The notes beneath the pieces were generated by a model, which ran no database searches, was not told where the DNA came from, and worked only from the letters and a program-made list of their open reading frames with translations. A program made the position numbers and the translations under genes. This document shows positions 1 to 12,894 of a DNA stretch of 64,000 bases, piece by piece. Origin of the DNA: Antedon mediterranea (Eukaryota > Animalia > Echinodermata). The stretch spans positions 6,815,812 to 6,879,811 of the forward strand of contig NC_092675.1 of assembly GCF_964355755.1 (NCBI RefSeq). Direction: 5' to 3'. How positions within the stretch are numbered: the stretch's first letter is position 1; every line of letters begins with the position of its first letter.

Positions 1-11
1 TTATTTTACAG

Positions 12-616
12 TGATTCCTAATGGTATTGGCAAAATTGAAGGAGTTAAGTTGTTTTGGGATGAGGAAAACTTCTGGTCAAACCCAAGACTATACATAGAA
101 AAGATAGAGATCCTCGACTATCCAACAGTTGGGAAAAGGTATGTACATTTTCACATTGCCAATGTTCATGTTTCATTGACATTGCATTTAAAAACATTGT
201 ATTGGTCACATGCATCTAACCAGACAGGCCAGACTTAAGCCGGAATTCCGGATAAAAATCGTTAAACCGTTCATAGTAACGAATTCCGTATAAAACGTAC
301 GTGTATGATCAAAAAACGTAACATAGCCACGAGGTGTCAGTGTGAACGTATCATAAGAGAACAATTTGTTTATACTGTAGGCCTATTATGATTTACGCAC
401 AATTTTGGTTAAATACATTGATTGTAATTTTACAATGTAGGCCTACGGCATAGGTCAACCGTACATTTGCAATTTCGGATTCTTCCTAAAATCACTTTTT
501 TATTTTGTTTAAAATTATAATAAACATAATTTATTGTTATTTTCAGGCTTGCGCTTTGTGGTACAGGTTATGGAATTAGACCGGAAAGAACAGCGTCTTT
601 TAACAGACTTTGTTAA
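12..616 (+). CDS. 3' end (last two exons) of a probable pancreatic lipase-like gene, C-terminal PLAT/LH2 domain; gene begins upstream of the window
   Basis: Exons 12-138 (after ttttacAG, ending AG|gtatgt) and 547-616 (after tttcAG, TAA at 614-616) splice in phase 2 to ...IPNGIGKIEGVKLFWDEENFWSNPRLYIEKIEILDYPTVGKRLALCGTGYGIRPERTASFNRLC*. The GxIxxVKLxW...PRLYIEKI...C...C* pattern resembles the lipase PLAT C-terminus. AATAAA follows near 681 and 720. Confidence 0.6.
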
Positions 617-1420
617 CGTCTGAAAACGAGAAACGAACGTTTGTAACAAGCATGATTGTAGAGTAGAGCTTTATTATTGAAATAAAAGAAATGTTATTTT
701 TGCAAATTACCATTCCTCCAATAAACACTATTTCAATTTAGAATAAATATGCAACAATTAAAAAATCAAGATGACAATATACCGAAGAATAATAACTGTT
801 AATTATACTAAAAATATTTAAATAGAATGTTAAACATTTTTTTTAGAAGATTAGTAGCAGCAATAATAAAAAAAAAGTGGCATCACTAACTGTTCTTCTT
901 TCTTTTATTATAGACAGTAACTTATGATATATAAAACATTATATAAGATTTATTATTATACAGAGAAACACTTTGGACTAAAACTGGGAGCCTTTCATTA
1001 CCAATATATTTGAACTATTAAAACACTGTTTCCTAAACTTAAAGAACTAGCACAGCCAAGGCAATACATTGCTAAAACGTTATTGGTGTAAAAGTGTTGT
1101 TTTGGATATAAGCTGTTTTTCAGCAATATGAACAAGTCCTATTGATATTGCAGGGAGTGAATGCTTGTATTAATGTGGAATTCTTATCAATTGGACACTT
1201 TCCTGTAAAAACGAACAAGGTTAAATGTAATGTTTTAATGGGAAACCCTATTCAGGGGACGCCATATTATTAAGAGGAACTTGTTTGGGTTCCAAAGTTG
1301 TTTTCTTACGGGTTCTACAATAGTTTTTCAGTTACAAATACCACTTTATAACTATTTAGAGTATGTGTGCATACATCGGCAGTTTAACCAAACATCTAAC
1401 ATTACCTCGACAATAGTTAA

Positions 1421-1969
1421 AGATGTATTGTCTCTTGAAACACAAAAAATTGAAAAAAAAATATTCTAAATTTAAATTGGCCATATCAAAGTAATATTAA
1501 AGTTATTCACTTTAAGTCGAAAATTCGAGCCAAAAACAACAAGTTTACGTAATTAACAGGTAAATTAATTTGATTACATTTCATCTGGGAAATCGTCGCA
1601 AGCGAAAGTAAACAAAGATTTCAAACCATGAGTATGCATTATGCATGATGCTAATTAGGATTGTTTAAAACTCGTCACGGTTGAGAAGGTGTTTTCACAC
1701 AGATCGCGAGGAAGTTTTATGATTATGCATACAGAGTAGCCAAACAAGCGCATTGCATTATGAGATATGTTATGATTGAAAACTTGACCGGAAGTCAAAG
1801 TTATTTTTTGAACAAAAAAACATCTGTATTTCGGTTAAATAATTTTTTTTTTCGACTAATTTTTGGTGAAAGTTAATAACTATTATGATACTTCAAAATT
1901 ACCCACTTTTTTTCGAAATGAAAAAAAAAAAATTTTTTTTGGGGAATTAGTCAAAGGGACAATACATCT
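1421..1969. mobile_element. Non-autonomous DNA transposon (~550 bp), Kolobok-like, long subfamily
   Basis: TIRs AGATGTATTGTC(T/C)...GGGACAATACATCT flanked by TTAA on both sides (1417-1420, 1970-1973). Near-identical reverse-complement copy at 13029-13571. Confidence 0.85.
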
Positions 1970-2638
1970 TTAATGATCTTTTTGAATATTCGATTTTTCT
2001 GTCCGATTCACATTTTTCAATCCACAAGAGGAAGCATACATGAGAAGAAATAAAAGATTTATTTATTAGGCATATGGCTTAAAAATGTTAATTACATTTT
2101 GCCATCGTTTTTAAAACAAAATGGTGTAATTAAAATTTAAAATGAAAAAGATAGAGATTAATGTTCCACAGGTAATGCACTTTTGTATTAGCATGACCTA
2201 CGTCGTTATACTTACGATCAATAGCAGGAAAAAGTGAATTATTATACGGTAAAATTATTTTTCCAGTCCCAAAATACCATTCCGTAACCTTTACATAAAG
2301 TACACTACTACTATTACTATGCTTCTTAAATAAAAAAAATTGAAAAAAATACAATAATTTCACTCTTCCTTGATTTAAGTGTGTGTTCTGAAAACAATTT
2401 ACGCAAAAAGTACCGCAGCGTATTACGGCAAATATATTTGCGCTTCTCTAAAACCATTCCATGGTCAAAATTGCAGAAAAATATATTGTATTTGAGTAAA
2501 TATAAATACTGAGTGAACATCAAAATAAACTATACGACGACTAGATAATGCATGTTTATATTGAATAGTCATCATTTTGAAATCAGGAAGTTCCCCCACT
2601 TGTTTAGATGTATTCAAAATCATCTTTAGAAGATTTGT

Positions 2639-5600
2639 TTATTTTTTAATGGTACTCATTGTGTGAACATTTATATTATCACTTGATTTAAGTGAGTGAT
2701 CAATGACAACAACGACGTACTTTCTGCGAATCATCACAAGTGCGATAACTGCAACAGTAGCAATAGTTAATGCAACAACCGTGCCCGCATAAACACTCCT
2801 CATATGATGAGATGTTTTCTTATTATTAGAACGAAAAGTAGTAGGTATGTCGTTGCTGTTACCATGGTTAACATGCCCGCCATTGGCTGGATACCGATTT
2901 TCTATTGTCACTGGCATGGATGTTTCTAGTCCTTTGATGACGTCATAATTATTCAATGTTTTCGTAACGGAGTCTGTCGGACTAGGTGTAGTTAGTTTTG
3001 CAATCAATTTTGTTTTAGCAGTAACTTTATATGTATGCACAACAATCTTTGTTGTTGGAGGCGCTTGATTATTTGGCTTTTCCTTCGGCTTCTCGGTTCT
3101 GTTCGCTGTATTTTCTGGAAATATAAAATACTTTAATAAATTAGAAGAAAACAAACACGTATTACAGTGACGATATTTATAGCCCACAAGTTGTCTCTAA
3201 GTTTATGTACTGGAAAACGTTCAACAAACATACATCATGAGAAATTTGTTGAAACATTGATTTATACAATAAAATACAATTATCTAAACAAAATTTATAA
3301 ATAAAGTTTTAAAGTAATTAAAATTGTGTTCCAAGTTTATGAATCAAAATATTGTTTACATTAATAACATCTTGCCTTGAAGAACAAAAACTAAATTTAG
3401 AGTAAAATATTAAAGTAATGTAGAAAAGCTGTCATATATTATAAAATGAATATTTATACCAGTTATACATCCTTGCTCATCACTTTTGTCTAGACAATCT
3501 GTTGTTCCATCACATCTAAATATAGTGGGTATACAATGGCCGTTCTCACATAGAAATTCACCAATACCAGAACAAGGCAGGCTAGGTGCAATACCTTTGA
3601 ATAAAACAATACGTTGGAGGAGTATTACAGCTATCACAATCGGAGAACTATGTCAAAAGTTTTCGTAACCGGATCAGAAAATGTTAAGAATGTGCCTATA
3701 CTTTGACATAGGGATCATCTTACTTTAAAATTTCAAACGATGTTTCAAACTTGACATTGTAGGTAATTAATTTTGCATTAGATGTCAAAACAGCCATAAA
3801 CATCGGTCAAATAATCATTGTTACAGAGGTACAATAGAAAACCACCCTAAAATAGCTGTTTTTCTGTGATTTCGTGCCGTTCAGCGGAAATCGCCAAAAA
3901 ACAAATTGTAATGTTCTTCACTTTATGAAAACTTAAGTCTTACTTGACAGACACCCTTCCTCGTCACTGTTATCAACGCAATCTGAAGATCCGTCACATC
4001 TGAACATAGCGGGTAGGCAGTGACCGTTCCTGCACAGAAATTCATCAGTGTTGGAACAATCGTTCGAAGGTATAGCTTAACGGAAGAAAATAATTATAAT
4101 TAGTCCAGGACCTGGGTAAGACTTTTATGTAGGCTTATTTAAGTTAGGAGAGAATATCTTAACTGTTTTAGGGTAATTTGACCCCTAGGAACAACATGGA
4201 ATATGTTCCAAAATCGCTAGCAAACAAAAAAATTGGGGTAAAAAGGTTCTAAACTTAAACTTGGCACCGTATTAATGTTTTTAAGTTAAACGGTCATTAA
4301 AATGACAATAGGTACACTGTATGGTATCAAATGTCCACAACATGTATTAGTGAGAAGTTGAATAAATAAAAAAAAAAGAATCATCCTTTTTAAATACTAG
4401 TTGGGTATCAGTGAATGGAACTTGTTGTGGACTTTCTGGCAACAATCCACACAGATTTTGAAAATATGACCTCTAGATGGTCGGAAATGGCCCTCTCACG
4501 TTATTACAAACTAACAATTGATATTTAAATATGAAAATTGAGGTAAGCCTACTCGCTTATTAAAAGGTGACATTTCCCCCATTTTGAGCAGGACTGTGGC
4601 GAGGTGATTTTTTTTTAATGATCGGAAATGGTGCTCTCGCACGTACAATTCATGATAAATGGCAACAATAGCTGGCCGGAAAATGACACTCACATAGCGT
4701 GTTAACAAGGCAATGATCGTATAGTCTACTTTTCACACTGGTAAACACGCGACTAGGGATAACATTGTTTGCATTCAATGCGAACGTCAGGGGGAAGTCC
4801 CTCTGATAAACATTTTAAAAAGTGACTTAAAAATTATTATGTTGGCCTAGTTAATAATATAATAGTGAAAGAGCGCGTGTTTAAAATATTGACGTTGTTT
4901 AAAGACTAAAATTAGCACGGCGCTGAAACAATGTGCTTTAATCAAATTGACAGTACTTTCCTTTTACGCTTTTTCCCAAATTTGTTTCCTTATAGTAGGA
5001 TATATTTTTTTTTTGGTCCAGATTAAAGGGCCTTTCACTCCTGTTCCGGCAAGGTTCTGGAAAATTCCAACCGAACGTCAATTGGTGCATAGCTGAGTGG
5101 AGCGTTGTGAAAACGAAACATTGATGTTTGATTCGCCGGACCGGAATCGTGCTGGAACAGGTGTGAAAGACCCTTTATAGGGACGTGCGGGGGGTTTTTC
5201 CCCTCTGGATCCGCCAATGCTCAATTGTATCTCATTATTTCTTACAACAATGACGTCCACTTTCATCGGTACCGTCTGCACAATGCACATTGCCATCACA
5301 TAGATACGTCAACGAAAGACATCTTTGGCCGTTGTCACATGTAAACTCTTTACAGAATGGTTCCTCTATAATTAAGAAGTTAATTATTACTTAGAAACAT
5401 TTTCAAGTACATTGAATTGAATGCAGCATGGAACTTATATAATTGGATATTGTATCTATCATGATTTGCATTGCTTAGGTCGAGCATTGCCGTTGTTTTA
5501 ATTAGAGAGTTTCATTTATTTGTTCACCTGGACCAGGTGTTATATCTACCTTACAATAAACCTGCTGCTCAAAGTTTAATCAAAACATACATTACTAATA

Positions 5601-7887
5601 AGAGAGAATATCTCGACCCACATGAGCTTACACCTAAAAATGTATATATTTTAAAATGTTTACAAATGAGATTGTGTAAATCCCCATCCCCCGCCCCCAT
5701 TTCTTTAAAAATAATTATATAAATATATAATTATATCACCGGGCAGTTTAGAATAATTGTTATGACACTGTCAGGACTTTACCCAGGATCCCTGGATTGG
5801 TAGCCAAGCATCATAACCACCAAGCCACAATAACTTACCGTAATCTAAGTCGCAATATTTTTCGTCACTACCGTCTATACAATCGCTTGAGCCGTCACAT
5901 CGTAACGTGTTTAGTATACACTGACCATCATCGCAAAGATATTCATGTTTCCCAACACATTCCAATGTTGCTGTACCTATCAAAATATATCACGAACTGA
6001 ATGTTAGTATTCATAGTTTCGTTTAAATATGCTACGATACTGAACTTACAGCCATTTACCCACAGTCAATTGCGGCTGCCTGGGTTCTGTTACCTTACAG
6101 TTCTTTATAATACTAACGGGCCTACTAACGATCAAATCTAATTCAAATGCTTTTTTTAATTTCGATCTAAATTAGTACATAATCTCTCCAAAAATTTAAT
6201 TCCATCACGAAACCAGTCATAACATTCAATCTTCGCGGCGGAAGTACAAAATGCTGTTGTATTTCAAAAGCCATAGCCATGGCTCTGTCAAAAGAAAAAT
6301 ATTTTACGAACGCGAAAAGATTTTGTTTGTACAAGAACATTTTTTTATTCAATTCATTGTACTATTGCAATTGTATCCCGGACAATTGAAAACCAAGAAA
6401 GACACCAAACAACTTAAAGAACTAGCCAATGAAAGATCAGACTGGAAGAAACTGATAAAATAGATTTACGGAGCAGCCCAAGCGGAAATGTCGGCAGACT
6501 TTTCAGCGGAAAGGCAGTAATCATCATCATCATTGCACGCCATGTGACCCACAATTGTCCAATCAAATGACAGGAATTTATTTAGGTGTTATATCATTTT
6601 AATTAATTTTTTTTATATTAGGCTTTATACGTTAGGCCTACTGAAATAAGACATACAATAAACTTCATGTTTTCTGGATAGCGGCAGACAAGATTTAGCT
6701 AAAATACATGAAATATTATAACGTTACCTGTAGCTCGATTTGCCAATATGTGTATACTTACGGCAATGTAAGCCCTCATCAGTTCCGTCAAGGCAGTCGG
6801 GTATACCGTCACACACGGATATAAACAGCAGACATTTATCTGAATCACATTCAAATGTATCACACACTAATAAGAAAAATATAATATTTAAAATCGACCG
6901 CAGATATCGTTAGGCCTACATAGATTCTCATTCTATACCTTCCACTTATTATTGATTGCTGTATATAGGCTTAATTCTTGATAATCCTCAGGCAGGCCGA
7001 GTTTATTTCTTTATTTCGCCTATCTATTATTAAGCTATCAAACATTATGTGAAGAAGAATGATGTCATATCACTACCATATTTGGTCATATCACTACCAT
7101 ATTTGGGCACATCACACTTTTTTGTCAAACATGTTTTATAGTGTGAACAGAGCTTTAGTCAAGGACTCGTACACCGTGTTCTAGCTACAGCATACACTAA
7201 ACATTCATGTATTTGGTTTTTAGAATGTGTCTATAGGATGTTCAAGGATTTCGGATCTTTAGTATATATAAGTAGTAGGCCTATATAGTAAGTATATATA
7301 GTATCTAATAATTTAAAATTAGGACATATTATTTACCCTGGGCTGATTTCAATAAAATAAAACTTGGTCGATAGAAACAATTGTGTTGAAAGTTTAGGGT
7401 TAAAAGTCAATATTCATCTGACTGGGTTCATGTTCGTTGGAAACATGGATATCTAGTTTCTTCTCTCCTTTGTTTATTTCTTGTTTAACCTGAGGTTAAC
7501 AAATGAAATCCAACTATCTTGTGCTTATAACAAGAATCTTATTTGATTTCTGCCCTATTATTACTCAGACTGTATTGATAACGTGTACGTTGCAAGTCAA
7601 ATATGCCTACACTGATTACTTTATCGAAGCTGAGTCAAAGGCTACAAATTATATTAAGGTTAATGTAAGAACGAGCATGTCTGGTAATTTATTTGAAAGT
7701 GTATTATACTTATGTAAAGTGGTAAAATGAAAACCATTAGCATGTAGTTAGCCAAAATGATCAGTCTGTCAATGGAGTATATTTCTCCATTGTATGTCTA
7801 AAAGTACCTACCTGATGGTGATGAGTTGACAGTCATATACGGCAAAATTATCAACTTGATTAAAGTGTAAATAGTAAGCCTATGCAT
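2639..7887 (-). CDS. Type-I membrane protein: signal peptide, 5 LDL-receptor class A repeats, Thr/Pro-rich stalk, TM helix, short cytoplasmic tail (~393 aa; CD320/LDLRAD-like architecture)
   Basis: Exons (minus) 7887-7812, 6866-6762, 5976-5839, 5365-5246, 4075-3944, 3594-3460, 3114-2639; all introns GT-AG, phase 1. Each middle exon encodes one Cys6 LDLa repeat ending CDGxxDCxDxSDE/TDE (the third has H in place of the D before Cys5). The last exon has [24 protein letters not shown] followed by RRK. Confidence 0.9.
5027..5174. mobile_element. Small MITE with AGGGCCTTTCAC / GTGAAAGACCCT termini (Harbinger-like) in an LDLa-gene intron
   Basis: Imperfect terminal inverted repeats flanked by TAA/TTA; GC-richer than the surrounding DNA. 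Confidence 0.5.
7035..7155. mobile_element. Degenerate copy of the AGCTCTGTCTACACT MITE family
   Basis: Shares 'atcactaccatatttgg...cacatcacacttttttgtcaaac...atagtgtgaacagagct' with the copies at 62200 and 47781. Confidence 0.6.
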
Positions 7888-9329
7888 CGTCGTATACGTG
7901 TCACTACAACGTAGACACAGTCGTACAATCTATGCACTTCCTTTAGCTAATTACTTCACCATCAATTACCAAATTATATAAAAATGATAGGCCTATATCT
8001 GTTTCTATCAATTAAGGAATAATCGCAGTAGGGAATAAAAAACCAATCAATAGCGGAAACACGTAGGCCTACTTTGCTGTTAGATTCTTTAAGGTTAAGA
8101 CGCTTCAAAACAGTGTTTGACAAACTTTAACTTGACACGACCTTTTTTAATTTCCCAAACGACAATGGGAACAAACCATTTAACAGAAAGGGTTTTATCA
8201 TTATTAGTTATTATCAGTATTATCATTTACAACATACATTCAAGAAAAATTAATTTAAATTTAAACATTTTAAAATAGTATGTAAACTATCCTGAATAGA
8301 TATTATTGTCCAATATAAAAGTTAAACAAGAAATATCTGGGGATTTGTTTTTCCCAAATACGCACAAAATAGGAAACAAAGTAAGAAATGGCAAGCTCCA
8401 GAGAACACGAGGGCCATAACGGTGAACTATAGCAAATATGTGACGAACAAGTCAACAGTACAGTATTAGTAAAATAACGTAAAGTTGTTTTTTTAATATA
8501 TAGCCTATATTTTTCTTTGGAAATCAACATAAAACGAAATAGTGGGAACAAAAACTTTCGGTTTCTTTAATCTCACCTTTTCTTTTTTGCGGTATCATGC
8601 GTGTGGTATAATTTAATTGTTCCGCATTTTTAGTATAAAAAAAAAATCGTAAAAAGGGAAATTTTACATGCCATGCATTTCAGTAGATCGAACTCTATCA
8701 ATCTATCCATACTTATACAATGCTTATTATAATATCAGGAACTCTATTCATAAATACCGTATATCTATAAATAAATAAATATAGGCCTAGAATGGCAATA
8801 CTTTTAAGATGATGTTAACACAATATATGTGCATAAAAGGCAATATTATAGCATAATTATTGAATTTTAAAAAGTGGAAAATAAATGGCAATATTAAAGA
8901 ATAATTTATTTAAAAAAGTGTTGCCATTTAAAAAAAAAATTCCTCTGGTCTGGAAATTTTTCGTTACTATGGCTCTATAAGATGATGTTCATAATATTAA
9001 TGAATATCATAATTATTGTTTTTTTTCCTCTTATTTCTATTATATTTAAATATTTGTACAAATAATTTCTCAAAACAATCTCAAACAATGTATTGATAAC
9101 AAAATCTATTTATAAGAAATCTCTCAGTTATTATTTAAGGCCTTATTCTAAAATTTAGTTTCGTAAATAATTTCTTTCTTAAAGATTACTGATAGTTATT
9201 ATAGTTTTATGTAGTATAATTTTGGATAGTAATATATTTCCGGCTGCAAAATGCGTGTTAGGGGCTGGAAATAAATGTATTAATAAGAAATATTAATTTA
9301 TTTTTATTTCATTCAATCGAAACCAACAG

Positions 9330-9632
9330 CGATAATTACCGCCACTAACAGGACTGTACCTAGGTAAAGTACCTTGATTGGTCCTAACATTGATCAAGGG
9401 CTTCTCTCGTCCAGTACCCACCTTGACCATAGGAAAGGCATGACCCAATATGTCTGAGGCAGATACTAGATACAGGGGTTGCCATATGAGTCAGCAATGA
9501 ATGCTGATTTCAAATGTCTGACGGGACCCAGCTCCATATCAGCACCCGATATTCACGGATGGTCTCCCATCTAAGTACTAACAAGGCCCAACGTTGCTTA
9601 ACTTCGGTGGTCTGACGAGAACCGGTGTTTCA
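9330..9632 (-). mobile_element. 5S rRNA-derived sequence (5'-truncated head, ~9540-9632) followed by a non-5S body: probable SINE3-type element or 5S pseudogene
   Basis: Reverse complement reads GAAACACCGGTTCTCGTCAGACCACCGAAGTTAAGCAACGTTGGGCCTTGTTAGTACTTAGATGGGAGACC...GAATATCGGGTGCTG, matching eukaryotic 5S rRNA including box A/IE/C. It lacks the 5' ~20 nt and the oligo-T terminator and continues into ~200 bp of GC-richer body. Confidence 0.75.
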
Positions 9633-9973
9633 AAGCCGTTAAATCAAAAACTTAATTTTATAACATCGACTAAATTAAATTATAAATTAAATTGTAATGA
9701 TGCAAAACATAACACGTTACGCAATACCGCTTCAATCATATGGGGAACAAGTGAGTTTATAGATATTAATAAGAATTTTGCTCATAGGTCAGCCTTTTGG
9801 CGCTTGGCTACGGATTTACCTGGAAAATGCATTCAATATCACGTTCATAGTTTTACACAGAGCGGCTTTTTCTTTGACTTAAACGATTAAAAAACAATAC
9901 TATGGTACAAAATGGCAGGATTATCGTAAACACATTTCCTTGTTTAATATTCAATTGAATAATCTAAAACGAC

Positions 9974-10242
9974 GGGGAAGTTCTTGTATAAAAATTACAC
10001 CTTTAATACCACAACAATACAAATTCAATATGCAGATATCATTTTATGCAAAATAGTGTCTAATTAAAGTGATCGCGTTCAAATACAATCAGCTGACTAA
10101 TTGTCATAATTACTGATACAATGCAGAAAATATTTAGAGAAATTTCCAGCAAAAGAGTAATATTGCCAGTTTTACGTAATGATATTAATAGATACAACAA
10201 TATTGATTACAATATGGGTTGTTATTCCAAAAGGTATAAATA
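9974..10242 (+). promoter_or_regulatory. Putative IL-17 promoter: TATA box with kappaB-like and C/EBP-like sites
   Basis: TATAAATA at 10235-10242, ~145 bp before the ATG. GGGGAAGTTC at 9974-9983 and GAGAAATTTCC at 10137-10147 are imperfect kappaB matches. TTACGTAAT lies at ~10172. Confidence 0.45.
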
Positions 10243-10381
10243 TCACATTTGTTCTACTTGATATCATTCAATGGTTAGGCTCACACAGTAATTTATAATA
10301 ACACAGTTTTGTGGCGTGAACCACCACTTTTATTAATTTGATATAATTTGAAAGTTGCCGTTTATTGATCACAACACAGCA

Positions 10382-12128
10382 ATGAACATTTTGAAGGTAA
10401 GTTTTAACAAATTCTTATATTAATTAAAGTATCATGACATATTCATATAATTAACTTGATACGCACAGCACATTTTAATTTTCGACTTTTGTTGTAAATT
10501 TTTTGTTACTATACACATGGTTTTTAAAGCGGTTTAAAGATGTAATGTCCCCCAAAAACTTGAAAAAGGAAGATTAATAACATCAGACTTTGAATAGATT
10601 ATTTTGTAGTTTTAATAAAGTTGATCAATTTCGTAGAAAAAAAACGGACAAAAAATGTTTTCACTTATAAAATGAAACAATAAATGGTTAAATTCAACCT
10701 AAAACTCATCGGCTGACAGTCAAGTTGACTATTTCTTGCTTTAAATTACAGTTTTTTAGGTAATTACATTTTTTTTGCGATCCAAATTTTGGTCAAAGTG
10801 GAAAACTATTATGTGACATTAAAATGGAATGTTCAACAAAAAATTGTTGAATTAGAGAATTATTTTTTCAGGGGGACAATACATCTTTAAGTTACAGACA
10901 TTCAATTTGGTTTTGATTATATTAATTACCGGTAATAATCTAAAAAAAATATTTCTTTGGTTTTTATTTCAATAATACCCGTATTTTGATTTACTGTAAA
11001 ATTATTTTCTTTTTATCGTAGAAAACATTATATTTATTGGCCCTTATATGCTCTATACCTTACGTGGAATTGGTGTGTCATGATCACGCTACCGCATACT
11101 CGAAAAACAACTGGAGTGCCCACAGTCGTCTGACAATTTCTTCATTTAAGGATGGTAACGGAACACAACAAAAGCACCAAACCTCACCATCATCAAATGT
11201 ATCACAATCTAGTGAAAAACACCTCTGTCCTCACCGTGAATTCGTTGATGTGAATCCACGTCGAATACCGGTTTCTATGACACGAATACAATGTGAATGC
11301 GGATCAGCGTGTATGAAGCCGGTGGATCAATATTCACATGAAGTTTTAGATCATAATCATATTTGCCACCCAGTAAGTATTCATCCTTGATGCGCGTTTT
11401 AAAAAATTATCACTAGGGTAATTTGCATAAGTTTTTAAAGATGTATTTTCCCCAAAAAGATGAAAAATGAAGATAAATTAAATCAGACTTTGAATATGTT
11501 ATTTTGTAGTTTTAATAAAGTTAATCACTTCCGTAGAAAAAAATTTCACTTATAAAAATAATGACAAAATAAATGGTTGCATTTAACCAAAACCTATTGG
11601 CTGGCAGCCAATTTTACCATTTTTTTGCTTTAAATTACAGTTTTTTCAAGTAAATTTTTTTTTTTCGATCCAAATTTTGGTCAAAGTGGATAACTATTAG
11701 GTGAAATTAAAATGGCATATTCAACAAAAAGTTTGTTAAGAATTATTTTTTCAGGGGGACAATACATCTTTGATGACAAACAATCCTGATCAATCCTCTC
11801 TGACGGGTCCCTGGCGCCACTACTGGGAGTAGACACTCCACCATTAAATAGTCAATTGATGCATGTACAAAATAACACATTGTCTATGGTCGGTACGACG
11901 TACAGTAACTTAATTATATGTCACTGGGTAATCATTATCATTATGACAAAAATATTTTTCTTTTCACAGGTTACCTATCCGGTTCCAGTTCTACTTGAAA
12001 GAAACTGTTCAAATGGAATGGTTGAATACGATTGGACGACTCAGGATATTGAAGTTGCGTGTGTCTGTCGATCGATATTAGCTCGAGTACCGCCAAGCAG
12101 ACCCACATGTCCGAATAGCACTCAATAG
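10382..12128 (+). CDS. IL17: Interleukin-17 family cystine-knot cytokine (~174 aa, secreted)
   Basis: Exons 10382-10396 (MNILK|gtaag), 11022-11372 and 11970-12128, phase 0. Signal peptide KTLYLLALICSIP..., then LCPHREFVDVNPRRIPVSMTRIQCECGSAC...CHPVTYPVPVL...C...Y...IEVACVC, which fits the IL-17 motif CPW..D.D.NR.P..L..A.C.C..C...C.PV...V.VL...V.VGCTC. Confidence 0.88.
10538..10886. mobile_element. Kolobok-like MITE, short subfamily (IL-17 intron 1)
   Basis: TTAA|AGATGTAATGTCCCCC...GGGGGACAATACATCT|TTAA. Confidence 0.85.
11439..11769. mobile_element. Kolobok-like MITE, short subfamily (IL-17 intron 2)
   Basis: TTAA|AGATGTATTTTCCCC...GGGGGACAATACATCT|TTGA; internally colinear with 10538-10886. 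Confidence 0.85.
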
Positions 12129-12894
12129 TACTGTACTAATTTTTAAGGCAAACAACCCCTTTTGTTTAATAAAAGCCTCCTATAGATTAGTTAATTAAGA
12201 TCTTTGTTATAGAAATTAGGACAAAGTAAGTAATGTTAGCAAACTATTTTGATTAAAAATAATTGCCTATATTATGGCCATTAACGTTTTATGATTATAT
12301 CATAACATTAAGTAAACACAGTTTTATGTGGTAAATAAACTTTATATACGCGAGTTCTGTTTTAAGTCGGACAATTCTTTAGAAACTTTATACAGTATTG
12401 TCGATAACAAGCTGGTAAAAATGAATGTTAGATAGTGATGGATCCAGAAATTCTCAAATGAGGAATACCTAGATATAGGCCTAAACACGAAATACTATAT
12501 AATACACTTCTCATTTACAAACATTTTACATGAAACAGTAGTTAATTATGGATGTCATTGCTACATTTTGTCCAAAATTAGTTGTTTTTAATTTATAGTT
12601 TTTGTGAAATAAACCTCAGTTGCAAAACATATTTCATGTTTCCATTCAAGTGTAGTTATATTAAATTGAAATGATTATATTTTAATACATAAAGTATTGA
12701 TACTATTTACGAACCTTCTCATTTGCTAAACGCCTTCAGACCAAGAAGTATCTAAAGGGAAATGTCGATAGGCCGTCCGATAGGCCTCTGATTAATAACA
12801 TTTCTACTAATAATATATGAAGAACATTTAAAATTCAAGATTGAAATTGTTGATTGTGAAAATTTGATTGAAATTCAATAGAATTGATTCAAGA

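Noticed and set aside
9540-9632. Functional 5S rRNA gene
   Set aside because: The 5' end is missing, there is no oligo-T terminator and it is not in a tandem array; treated as a SINE or pseudogene.
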